Made by a program: the position numbers and the translations under genes | Notes under the pieces: generated by a model | Seen by the model: only the letters and a program-made list of their open reading frames with translations | Databases searched by the model: none | Told to the model about the DNA's origin: nothing | Shown: in pieces, positions 1-11,019 of the stretch | Layout of the letters: every line of letters begins with the position of its first letter | Numbering within the stretch: position 1 is the stretch's first letter | From: Octopus vulgaris | Lineage: Eukaryota | Length of the DNA stretch: 64,000 nucleotides | Assembly (NCBI GenBank): GCA_951406725.2 | Contig: OX597816.1 | Coordinates: forward strand, 35,650,001-35,714,000 | Direction: 5' to 3'

Positions 1-639
1 ATAGATAGACGTAGTCTTAGTTTTATTTATCTTGAAAAGGAAAAATGGAAAAAATATTTTTTCCTGCCGTTAAAACATAAAACTTCCTGTGTATGAAAAT
101 ATATCCCACACACCGAATTTGCATCCGCTGGACTTCTAGAAAGATTAAATTTTCCCCATATACGCTCCGCTCCACTTAAGTGTACAATCCGAGTACATCG
201 GTATTTGTGGTGAAAATCTTCAAAGAATTCACATATTTCAGATAATTCACTCGAATCGTTTTTAATTCGTCATACTTTTCGTAAAATACGTACTTTTAAA
301 TGAAATTTTCAAGAAATATCTTTCAGGCTGGGTAAGCTGCTATTATATGGGAATTTGATAAGAAAAGAAAAAAAGGTTGAGCAGGCTCACATACGTACTG
401 CACCGAAATCACATTCTTTTCCACAATTTAAATTTTCATTTTGGAGATATCATTTTGTGTTTGTGACTATTTATGTGTGCGAGTTTACGAATTTATTTTT
501 TTTCATATAAAACCATTATAATCGTAATCTACTCTAACTGAAATTTTCGTTCAAAAATTAAACAACTTTCTTGAAATCACGAGGAAGCGAAGCCAACTGG
601 GGTACGCATGTATAGGTTTGCAATCTATGAAAAATTGAT

Positions 640-850
640 TTCAAATTTTGGCACGAGGCTACGAATTTTGAAGGAAGGTGTAATTCGTTTACATTGACTC
701 CCAGTGTACATCTGATACTTATTTTATAGAGCGTGAAAGATTGATAGGCAAAGTCGACCTCGATGGTATTTGAACTCAGAACGTATAGATAGACGAAATT
801 CGCTAACCATATGCCCGCAGTTCTAATGTTTCAACGAGCACGTTGCGTTC
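640..850 (-). mobile_element. Degenerate tRNA-derived SINE (family A)
   Basis: Contains 'ggcaaagtcgacctcgatggtatttgaactcagaacg', a diverged copy of the core seen at 19.5, 27.4, 41.5 and 57.2 kb. Confidence 0.75.
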
Positions 851-1256
851 AGTCAATGGAATGTTAATTACTCGTAGAACTCCTGCAAAACATGCAGCGG
901 TTGAAAATGTAAAATTTAAAGCAGACACATATAAGAGAAAATAATGCAAGCAGTTGTTAATATAACGCGCACTTAATGCTAAAAAAAAAACAGTGAAGAA
1001 AAAAAATGAAGAATATTAACTGTTACACGAAGAAAATAATGGAACATAAGCTTTGATAGAAGTTATAGCGACATTCGAACATAGAATGTTTGCCAAGTAG
1101 AAATTCAAATTGACAGATTACTTATACGCGTGCATGCGCGTGAACTATAGTCGATCACGAAAACTGCATTTAAGTAATTGCCAATATAAAACGGGTTGCT
1201 GAATCATTCGTTACTTCAAGTCAATTTTAAGAATTACATCGAAGATACATAAATAA

Positions 1257-1653
1257 CTAGCAGTATCGCCCGGCGTTGCTCGGATTTGTAAGGGAAATAA
1301 CTATATAAGCATTTTTAGAGATGTAAAGTATAATAGCCATCTCAAAATGGCTAACCACAAAGGGGGCGCGGTGTTACTGTAGCTTTTTACGTTCTGAGAT
1401 TTAATAATAAATTTTTAGAGAGTTACTTCCCTTATATATGCCAAAATGCATTAAAAATGGGAAAAATTGATGGTAATTTTTTTTAAATGGTAGACTCATC
1501 GTAGACGCGCGCTAATACCCAGAAGGGCTCGATATGAATCACGACTATAAGATACCCGGTTTTTGGTTAAACAGCACCGCAAAATGTGGGAGTAGTTAGG
1601 AATCTAAATCGTAGGAGACAGACAGCACACCACCTCAATATTATATATAAAGA
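1257..1653 (-). mobile_element. Non-autonomous Helitron (~397 bp)
   Basis: On the minus strand it starts A|TCTTTATATATA and ends CCGAGCAACGCCGGG (subterminal hairpin)-CGATACTG-CTAG|T. This gives 5'-TC, 3'-CTAG, insertion between A and T and no TSD, the canonical Helitron signatures. Confidence 0.85.
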
Positions 1654-1729
1654 TTATGAATTTATATATCGAAACATGTTATATGTGCATGCATATCTAT
1701 ATTTGTATCTATATCTATCTATCTATTCA

Positions 1730-1760
<31 letters not shown>

Positions 1761-1768
<8 letters not shown>

Positions 1769-2173
1769 AAAGGGCTTAGTAAAATAAATTACTTCGCCGC
1801 ATACTGAACCCATTAGAAATAGCAGCTAAAAAACTTTTTTAAAGCTATTTCTAATACTTAAAGAAAATCTCTCTCATATGTAGCGTTTGCTTAATTCAAC
1901 TCACAAAAGTTTGGGGGTAAGGACATTAAAAAATCAATTACCCCCAAACTTTTGTGAGTTGAATCAACGCACATATGAGAGAGATTTTCTTTAAGTATTA
2001 GAAATAGCTTTAAAAAGTTTTTTAGCTGCTATTTCTAATGGGTTCAGTATGCGGCGAATATTTATTTTACTAACCCTTTTATATAATGTAATAATTTGAA
2101 TTCGCCTTAAATGGTCCCTTTGCATACTGAACACTTGGTGAAATTGATTAATAATTAATTAATTTTACCCTCA

Positions 2174-2178
<5 letters not shown>
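1761..2178 (+). repeat. Asymmetric foldback module between (TA)n tracts; pLTR-like, homologous to the 8.85 kb repeat unit
   Basis: About 160-bp arms (1761-1920 vs 1938-2087) are near-perfect reverse complements. The right arm continues about 90 bp to 'accctcaatt'+(TA)n. 1990-2178 aligns by eye to the reverse complement of 8851-9040. Confidence 0.8.
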
Positions 2179-2220
<42 letters not shown>

Positions 2221-2228
<8 letters not shown>

Positions 2229-3067
2229 GAAAATACAAACTGGGACAAGAACGTAAAACATTTAGAAGACGATACAAAATACATGTTCAAAGCCTTCAAT
2301 CTTCAGTCAAGAACCGGATCATCCTAGCAATTTCGGCTGATTAATCTTGAGATCGCTCCGATCCGGCCAGCCCTAAGGAAAAACTAAGCTATGAGCATTA
2401 GATTTCTTGGAAGTAGATCGAATGTATACGAAACAGGGACAGAAAAACGGACGATGCCACACGAATATAAAATGCAAAAAACAATAATGGTAAAAACAGG
2501 ACAAAAACAGCGGGTGTCTTACGACTAATAAACAGTACAATAAGTTTAGCTGACGTATTTTGAAAAAATGCCTTTATCGGCAGACGAAGACAACAGATGT
2601 TCTCACGGCAGTGGTCGTATGCCAAAAAGCTGATTATGACCAGCGGCCACGTGACAGAAGAGAGAGAAAAGAAAGGGGGCAAAGGAAACAAAGAGAGAGA
2701 GAAAGAGGGACGAAGGCAACAAGGGGGAGAAGAGAGAAAGAAGGAATTAAAGAGGGGAGAAGAAAGAGTGCGTGCGAAGGAGGGCTAGTGTGTGCTAGGT
2801 GAGAAAGACAGAGAATTGTGAGAGAGTGGGGGGAAGAGGAGACCAAAGAATCGGAGGCAAGAAAAGTGAAAAGGGGGAGAAGTAGAGAGAGAGAGAAGGG
2901 GACAGATAAAAGTAAAGTGCAACGTGTGAAAGGCAGAGAAATGTAGGAGAGAGAGACAGTGTGTAGAGTCGTACCAAATTTACAGGAATATGTACTTACA
3001 TAGGTGCCAACGAGGGTACGGACGCCGCTATATATATTATATGTAGAAAAATACAAACTGGGACAAT
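2221..3067 (-). mobile_element. ORF-less element with ~28-bp terminal direct repeat inserted in (TA)n
   Basis: 'tatatgtagaaaa(a)tacaaactgggacaa' occurs at 2221 and 3038. There is an internal GA/CT-rich tract and a GC-richer structured segment at 2292-2378. The strand is inferred from the shared layout with 60859-61650. Confidence 0.55.
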
Positions 3068-4639
3068 ATATATATATATATATATTTATTGTATTGCAAG
3101 ATTTTTTATGTGAAATCGTGTGTTGAAACAGATATTGTTGTATTTAGGAATGGTTGTATTTATTGGCTAAACGGGCAAAATCACCATTCTTACATACAAC
3201 AATACAGACACACACACACACACATATATATATATATGAATACACATATAAATATACTAGCACATACAGTCACACACGCACCCCTCCCATATATATATAT
3301 ATATATGGGGTGGTTGAACATAGCTGTCTTATTTATTCTTTATATCCATCAATGTAATGTTTCATCAAATTTCGAAACAAAATTTTGATCTTACGGTTTT
3401 TTTCCTGTCTGGAATCAGATAAATCGGATGTGACTTATCATTTGTGTAAGAAAATCACTTTGAAGCGAATACAATTAAGTTTAAAGAACATATTGTTGTA
3501 TATGTGTGTGAATAATTTGTACTGCGAAAGTAAAATTAAAAAAAAAATTATAGTATGCTATCTGAAATCAAATTATATAGTTTTCCCGATGGATTACTCT
3601 CACATTTTTGTAACAGCCGATCACGTTTTAGAATCTATAAAATAGTTCGCTGAGGTTAGAGCGCATTATTTTCGAACTGGCATTACTGTTTTGTCAGCGT
3701 TTCAAAGATAAACAGTCCCACAGTGAGATTTCCGGATATTTATTATTGAGTAAATGAAATACTTACTTGAATATTTATCGTGCAGCATTAAGTCTGAAGC
3801 ACAGCATGGTTTATAGACACAAACGGAAACTATAATATCTTACAGATTCTAGGTTGTTCATTGTTTAAAAGACATATGGCTATAACTTGGCTCAACTAGT
3901 ACGAAAGCCAATGATTTATAATTTCACTTCTTACTAAACTATGAGAATTTCATAACAATCTCACCTCTACTCGTAAGTTTCGGAGTCTTTGATTAAATTT
4001 ATTTCAGTAGTTACATTGCGAAGTCTCTAACTAAAATTTGATATCTACATCAACTAGAGTTGTTTCAAACTTATCTATGATTGGAATTAGAACGTTAATA
4101 TCGATGAGACATTTTACCATATTTTGCGACCACTGTGTAAATTCTTCAAGTGCTCAAACTACAAGAAAATAACACCCTCTTACAGTTCCTACACAATGGT
4201 GACGAGGTTTGGAAAATATATCAGTTCCTTACACACAATATCTATCTTGAATAGATTAAGTTTTCCTAAGAGTGCAATAATAGCATCGTTGTAAAGTAAA
4301 ATAATTTTAGTTTTAACTTGTAGCCCTTTGTTCAGAAAATTTAACTTTTTAAATATATCTAAATGTTAGAATACAAAACACGTGGTATCTAAGATTATAT
4401 CTGGAAGATGGTTACTATTCAGAAGATTTTCAGTTCTGACTCAAAGCTAAATAATGCGATACAGAAAATTGCTATCGGATACACGAAATTTAAGTTTACA
4501 AATAATATTAATTTTATAAAAGACTTTCCAATATCAACGTGTTACTTAATTCATCAACGATAAATTTTGGAAGTGTCAAATGAATAATTTATCTCTCGTA
4601 GTTATAGAAAATGCATTGTGCGCATATATATATATATAA

Positions 4640-5520
4640 CCCGATGTTGACAAAACCCTTACCCATTAATGGTTAGAGCTTTCTGGCTTAAAATCAGAAA
4701 CAGAAGTGTTTATCATAGCAGCTTAAGACCAATGCCTACCTACAGGGAACTACCAGGCCAACATATTAGAGAACGGCAGTAGCACAACATGTTTCGTATG
4801 TAAACAACAAAATAAGACCGTCAATCATGTTGTCTCGATGTGCAGTCTTTTTGCGCCTACAGAATATCTCAACAGGCATGCTAGAACAGTACAGTATATC
4901 CGATTGGTGATTTGAGAACTCTTGGACTTACCCCATAATAAAATCTTTTGAGAATATAAAAAACCACCTTCAGTGCTTGAAAATGACCACATCTCACTCA
5001 TCCGGAACTTAACCATTCCAGTTGACAGATAGATAGATGCGAATAGGCTAGACATTATATTGAGGAATTCAGAAAAAATCCATGCCTCCTTATTAATATG
5101 ACTGTCCCAATGAACATAAATGTATGTATCAAGGCTTCCCAAAAAACTGAGCAAACGTAATGATCTTGAAATAGAAATTGGCAAAATGTGGAACCTCAAG
5201 ACTAAATCAATACCTGTTGTCATAGGTGTCCTAGGAATGATAGCAAAAGTGGCTGATTCCTCCCTAGCTCAGATACTAGGAAATCAAAAAATACCAGAAT
5301 TTCAAAAGATAGAGCGCTGGGAACTGCCTATATCCTACGTAAAATTTTAAAACATAGTTATAACTTTCTTCAACATTCTCTAGAACAATACTTTGTGCAA
5401 AACAGAATACATTGCACCCTAGTCATAACATCAAATTGAACTTCTTGTTGTCTATTGAGGCCTCTGGATGAAACTTGAGTGAACTTGTACAAAAACACCG
5501 CAAAAATCAATCATATGATG
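4640..5520 (+). pseudogene. Decayed 3' fragment of a Dong/R4-type RLE LINE
   Basis: Broken translation gives SGLKSETE.FIIAA*DQCLPT.NYQANI...RHARTVQYI...DLEIEIGKMWNLKTKSIPVVIGVLGMI, matching the C-terminus of ORF 38338-40407. Confidence 0.85.
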
Positions 5521-5674
5521 GGTACGTACCGTATATGGTTCCTAAATAGGGGAACCCCCGAATTTCAAGGAGGTTCTGATAGGGAAGATGTTCTGTTCAT
5601 CTTCCCTATCAACAATAAATCAATAATAGAAAGAATGAGAAAAAGAATCAGAACATTTTTCAAAACCTTTAACT

Positions 5675-5675
<1 letters not shown>

Positions 5676-5733
<58 letters not shown>

Positions 5734-5899
5734 GTTATGGTGATGGTGATGGCTTTGCTGGTGGTTTTGGTGGTGGTGGTGGTGGTGGTGTTGGTGGTGG
5801 TGACGGTGATGTTGATGGTGATGGTGATGATGATAATGATGATGATGATGATTATGGTGATGATGATGTAGATGATGATGACTATGATAATAATAATAA
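5676..5899. repeat. (GAT)n/(GGT)n compound microsatellite
   Basis: Visible directly; it explains the poly-M/V/I/H ORFs. Confidence 0.95.
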
Positions 5900-6102
5900 T
5901 GGACAATATATACGTCGAAGTCGAAATGCTGATGTAGATTAATCAACAAATCATGAGTGGCTTAGAAGTTCAGGACTGGAAGCAGTGACTGAAGGTTTAA
6001 CATCGGCGGCACAGAGACAAAGCTTGCTCACAAAAAAACTTCCAGGCTAACGCTCTTCAAAACGGTTCTGAACCTAAATGCAGATTCTGCAACACGTTTG
6101 AG
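5900..6102 (+). pseudogene. Short Dong/R4 LINE fragment following (TAA)n
   Basis: GQYIRRSRNADVD...HEWLRSSGL...QANALQNGSEPKCRFCNTFE matches GKYVTRSKQADVD...WLRSSEL...CRFCND in the long LINE. Confidence 0.8.
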
Positions 6103-6479
6103 AATCCGAAATCGCCTGGATTCCATGGTTGAAACCAATGGTAATTTTTTAATGAATTTCCTCTTTAATATTTCAAGACGTTTTTATGAAATTTTGATAA
6201 ATATATCTATTAAGATGAGATATCAGTGTTATTTTCATATTTGCGTACTTTAGACGATAATTTATTCACCGCAACCTATATGTGTGTGTATGTCTGTGTA
6301 TGTATGTGTGTGTGTGTGTGTGAGTGTGTGCGTAATGTGTGTGTACATACATACATTTACACGCACACACGCATGTGTATGTATATGAATACAATTACAA
6401 ATATATATATTTTTACGTACATATGTACACTTATACATATTTGGTAGTAGCAGTGTCAGGCAGTTATTATGCATAAACA

Positions 6480-6673
6480 AACTTTTGGTTAGTTAAAATA
6501 TGTTTGTGACAGATTTCAACTTCTAAAGTGAAGTTTACTAGTTACCGTGACGAAAGTTGTTTTTCCACTTTTTACCATAAGAGAAAAACTTTTTTTTTTC
6601 CACAGTAACTGCAGTGAATTTGTCTTTAGAAGTTGAAATATGTCATAAACATATTTTAACTAACCAAAAGTTC
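6480..6673. repeat. Imperfect inverted repeat (MITE/foldback-like, ~195 bp)
   Basis: 'aacttttggttagttaaaatatgtttgtgacagatttcaacttctaaag' pairs with 'ctttagaagttgaaatatgtcataaacatattttaactaaccaaaagtt'. Confidence 0.8.
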
Positions 6674-7426
6674 ACTTATAAATACTTGTGTGTCTGTGTG
6701 TGTCCGTGTGTGCAGGCGTGGGTGTCTTTGTGTGTGGTGCGTCTTTGTGGGTGGGTGTTTGTGTGTGTGTGTGTATACGGGCGCGTGTGTAGATATATTT
6801 GACGAGAGAATTTCTGAAAACACGTCACTGTTTTATAATAAGAAATCTTTAGAAAACAGAATGACATGAAACTTTTCATAGTAACGAGAGCTTCATTGCA
6901 AAAAGGCTCCTTTGTGTGGGATTCTTAAAGATTTTATATAATATAATTATATCATTCTTTTACTTGTTTCAGTAATTTTGACTGCGGCCATGCTGGAACC
7001 CCGCATATTTAAGTAATTCTTTCCTCAAATAATGTGACATTATGAATTATATATATTTTAAGTCATGCCTTAATATAATACTTTAAAATAATACATTTAA
7101 TTAACATTTCTTAATAACTTTTTTTATATTATTATTAAAGAAAGTAACTTTCTAGGGTGAAACAATTCCTTACGAATTCAATATTGTTTGCTCTATTGCA
7201 GTTAGGCTGCAACCATACAGGTACAGTAGTTTCCACCAAACGTACCGAGTGACCTTTTCGTCACAAATTAAGAATCTTGATTTGAGTCAGTAGTTTGATT
7301 TAAATAAATGCCTTGTAAGTATGAGGCTCATCGAATTTCACCCAAATTCAGAAAAAAATAAAAAATTGATTCAAATTTTATTTTCCAGTTAATATATGTT
7401 TAATCTCGTGTGAGTGCTAGTATATA

Positions 7427-7634
7427 CAGGGTGTCTCAGAAGTCGCGCTCCATTCTGGTTTTCATTTAAAATAATTAAAGCATTTTATTTTATATTTTCT
7501 TGACATGTTTTATTGTAGAGGGTGCTGAATTTGAGCGTTTGTTACAATTAATTTCAATAAAGTGTTTTTGAAATCACTAAGGGTGTATTCTTTTAAAAAA
7601 AAACAGGATGATGCGGAACTTCTGGGACACCCTG
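7427..7634. mobile_element. Tc1/mariner-type MITE (208 bp)
   Basis: TA|CAGGGTGTCTCAGAAGT ... ACTTCTGGGACACCCTG|TA: 17-bp TIR with one mismatch and a TA target-site duplication. Confidence 0.85.
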
Positions 7635-8761
7635 TATATAGACATATGCTTATACGTGCGTATAAGGGGATATATATTGTGTAATGCATCTACACAGGTG
7701 CGCACAAAACAAACACGTGGTCTCTCAAATTCATTGTTTTTAAGAAATACTAAAGAAAAGTATTAGTCAAACATCTACTTTAAAGATCTGAGAGAAGAAT
7801 CTTCTAAGTTTTGTTGTTTATATGGCCAGAGACTACGAATGAAGTTTAAAACACAGATGTAAACAAAAACATATAATTGAATTACAATAATTGTACACGC
7901 ATTTCATAGCAATAACATAATTTATCAAAATATTAACTTTACATATTCTTTCTTACAATACCAGTAAATCAGAAATGTAATTATAGAAAGTAAAATGATT
8001 TGATAGATATTTGTAGCTGTTTAAAGATTATGAAATGATGGTGGTAGGTAGATTCACAAACATATACTTTAAATTCATCCTAACGTTTTCCGCAAGAATG
8101 TGCTATTGAATACATATGTTAAACAGTTACTAAGATTCGTATATGAAAAGCGAAATCAGATAACGTAACTAGGCATTATAGAAACACATATAAGCTCTAG
8201 ATTACAAAGAAGTACATCTACAGTTTCACTTTTTCAGATAAGCTTATCTGTCCTTGTATTTCCAGTATTAGGAAAGTATACGTACAATGTTCATTCGTAT
8301 TTTCCATCTTATCTTAATTCTTTGTCACACAAGCTGCAATTTTAATACTGTTAAACGTTTTTATTTTTCTGTACCATTCTTTCATTTGTACAAAACTTTA
8401 CAAATTTTATATTTTTTCGAATTTTAATCACTTCAATTATAGGCAAATATATAATATATTTTCTCATAATAATCACTACTTTCTAGCAGTTATTTAATAC
8501 ACTATCATTATTTGTGAAAGTTTCCTCAATGGGTTATATTTTCATATAAATATACGCTTTATTTTTTTAGTGTCTAATAATCGCTTGAAAACCAATTTTG
8601 GCCTGTTTACGTCCTCCTAATCTAGTAGTTTGAAAAACGAGACTGATAGAAGAAGTAATGAGCTTACAAATAATATGTCGATTTGTTCGACGAAGAGCGA
8701 TGCTCCCGGAGGGCTGCAATCAAATGACTTAAACAAAAGATATATATACGTATATTAATAC

Positions 8762-8853
<92 letters not shown>

Positions 8854-9140
8854 AAAGGGTGAAACTAATTAATTATGGGAATAATTATCAATTACACCAA
8901 GTAGATTTCGGTATGTAAAAGCCCCATTCGAGGAAAATTTAAGTAATACTAAGTAATTAAGGGTTTAGCAACGAATTGCCTCACCAACACACCGAATTTA
9001 GAAATAGCAGTCAAAGAGATATAGCTATTCCTTCTACTAAAAGGGGGATCTCAGTAAAAACACAGCACTTAAAAGGCAAACACAGACAGATAAGAAAGAA
9101 AGAATGAAATGACGGCAATCCATCATGCAATTTTAAGTTA

Positions 9141-9232
9141 CCTACGGACGTACGTTTCGAGATCAAGTTTTAGGATATCATAAGAATTAGAAAATTCTAC
9201 TTTACCCAGACTTCTTCTCTCATCGGCGCAGG
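9141..9232 (-). ncRNA. Type I hammerhead ribozyme motif (unit 1)
   Basis: Minus strand: CCUGCG-CCGAUGA-GAGA...(long loop)...UCUC-GAAACGUACGUC^CGUAGG. Stem I CCUGCG/CGUAGG, stem II GAGA/UCUC, palindromic stem III, GUC site. Confidence 0.8.
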
Positions 9233-9729
9233 ATACTACAATTGTGAATAATTGTATATTAAATTTTGAGATACTAGAATGCGTCATCTCAACTCAGTGT
9301 CAGAGCGAGCCAAAGCATGACCAGTACCACGAAATTCAAAGTTTGAATGAAAGTTTGTGTCACCAGCCCCCTTCCACCCGCGTGTAGCCAAGACAAAATG
9401 CTGTGGTCATTTACTGGGATAAAATATGGTTATCAGTAATAATAAAAGGGTGAAACTAATTAATTAGGGATAATTATCAATTACACCAAGTAGATTTCGG
9501 TATGTGAAAGCCCCATTCGAGGAAAATTTAAGTAATACTAAGTAATTAAGGGTTTAGCAACGAATTGCCTCACCAACACACCGAATTTAGAAATAGCAGT
9601 CAAAGAGATATAGCTATTCCTTCTACTAAAAGGGGGATCTCAGTAAAAACACAGCACTTAAAAGGCAAACACAGACAGGCAAGAAATAAAGAATGAAATG
9701 ACGGCAATCCATCATGCAATTTTAAGTTA

Positions 9730-9821
9730 CCTACGGACGTACGTTTCGAGATCAAGTTTTAGGATATCATAAGAATTAGAAAATTCTACTTTACCCAGAC
9801 TTCTTCTCTCATCGGCGCAGG
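9730..9821 (-). ncRNA. Type I hammerhead ribozyme motif (unit 2)
   Basis: Same sequence as 9141-9232, 589 nt away. Confidence 0.8.
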
Positions 9822-10120
9822 ATACTACAATTGTGAATAATTGTATATTAAATTTTGAGATACTAGAATGCGTCATCTCAACTCAGTGTCAGAGCGAGCA
9901 AAAGCATGACCAGTACCACGAAATTCAAAGTTTGAATGAAAGTTTGTGTCACCAGCCCCCTTCCACCCGCGTGTAGCCAAGACAAAATGCTGTGGTCATT
10001 TACTGGGATAAAATATGGTTATCAGTAATAATAAAAGGGTGAAACTACTTGGTGTATTGATAATTATTCCCATAATTAATTAGTTTCACCCTTTTATTAT
10101 TACTGATAACCATATTTTAT

Positions 10121-11019
10121 TAGTTTCTGCAGCGTCATTCTTGCAATATGTGTCTTTGCATTATCTTGTAGCAGAATTGCGCCATACCGATTCACCAATG
10201 CAGGTATCATTGTTTGCAAGTGACCATGTATTTCAACGGGTTGATTGCAGTAAACCTCCAATCGGCTTCCAGAATGCTGTCATGGACAACACTAATTGTA
10301 GACCACCAGACACTCACCGTAATGTTTTGCTGATGCAACTTTGGCTTTGAGAAAAGTATGAGGGACTCCTCACGATCAAGCCATTGACCTCATCATTTAC
10401 GGTTATCATAAAGGATAACTATTCGGTCAAGAAAATTAATGCGTGTTACCCAGAAAGAGCATAGGGTAAACTTCGAAACCCCGAGCTTTTTGATTTTCAT
10501 TGAGCTCATTTGGTACCCATTTACCGAGATTTTTCCCCTTCCCGATCTTCTTCAGATTGCGTGAGACCGTTGCAATACCGACACCAAATGCCTGAAACAT
10601 TTCTCTGAAAATTTGACGTGGGTTTTGTTCAACAATTGCTTTCAATCATTCATTGTCAAGACTACGTGACTGTCCTCTACCTTCTTCATCTTCAAGGCTC
10701 TCATCACCACTATGAAATTCCGCAAACCACTTCCGTACTGTGCGATCCCTTGTAGAACCCTTTCCCTATGCCTTGTTGATATTGGCAGAAGTTTGGTTGG
10801 CATTGTGGCCGAGCAAGAAAAGTAAGCTAAAATCCTTTTTTGTCATGTTTATAATTAAGAGTTCCTATGCTTCAAGAATGTTTTGTGTCAGAAATAAGCA
10901 GAAAATTATAAAAGAGCATATATTAGTTATTAAGTATATCAAAATATAATAAAGATACTATGATAAAATTGTGTTTCAAAACGCAACACTTAGAGCGGCC
11001 ATTATGTTCGGAATAACCG
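10121..11019 (-). pseudogene. Decayed mariner transposon (5' part with transposase relic)
   Basis: Broken translation includes RTVRKWFAEFHSGDESLEDEEGRGQ, LGKWVPNEL (WVPHEL motif), VSVWW and LLQDNAKTHIARMTLQKL. A TIR-like 'ggttattccgaacataatggccg' lies near 11000-11019. Confidence 0.85.

Larger units (their letters stand above)
8851..10119 (-). mobile_element. Tandem dimer of a ~590-bp hammerhead-containing unit plus a ~75-bp inverted segment (retrozyme / Penelope pLTR-like)
   Basis: Units start at 8851, 9442 and 10031 ('ataaaagggtgaaacta') and the two full units are nearly identical. 10045-10119 is the reverse complement of the unit junction. The module abuts (TA)n on the left and truncates a mariner on the right. 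Confidence 0.85.

Noticed and set aside
2398-3056. Overlapping Arg/Glu-rich and Leu/Ser-rich ORFs
   Set aside because: They arise from a low-complexity GA/CT tract within a non-coding repeat.
3900-4620. Possible hAT transposase relic on the minus strand
   Set aside because: Only vague similarity; no motif could be translated convincingly.
5479-5949. ORFs with poly-Met, poly-Ile or poly-His, and the many YIYI/THTH/CVCV/LSIY ORFs elsewhere
   Set aside because: They are translations of (GAT)n, (TA)n, (CA)n, (GATA)n and (TAA)n microsatellites, not genes.
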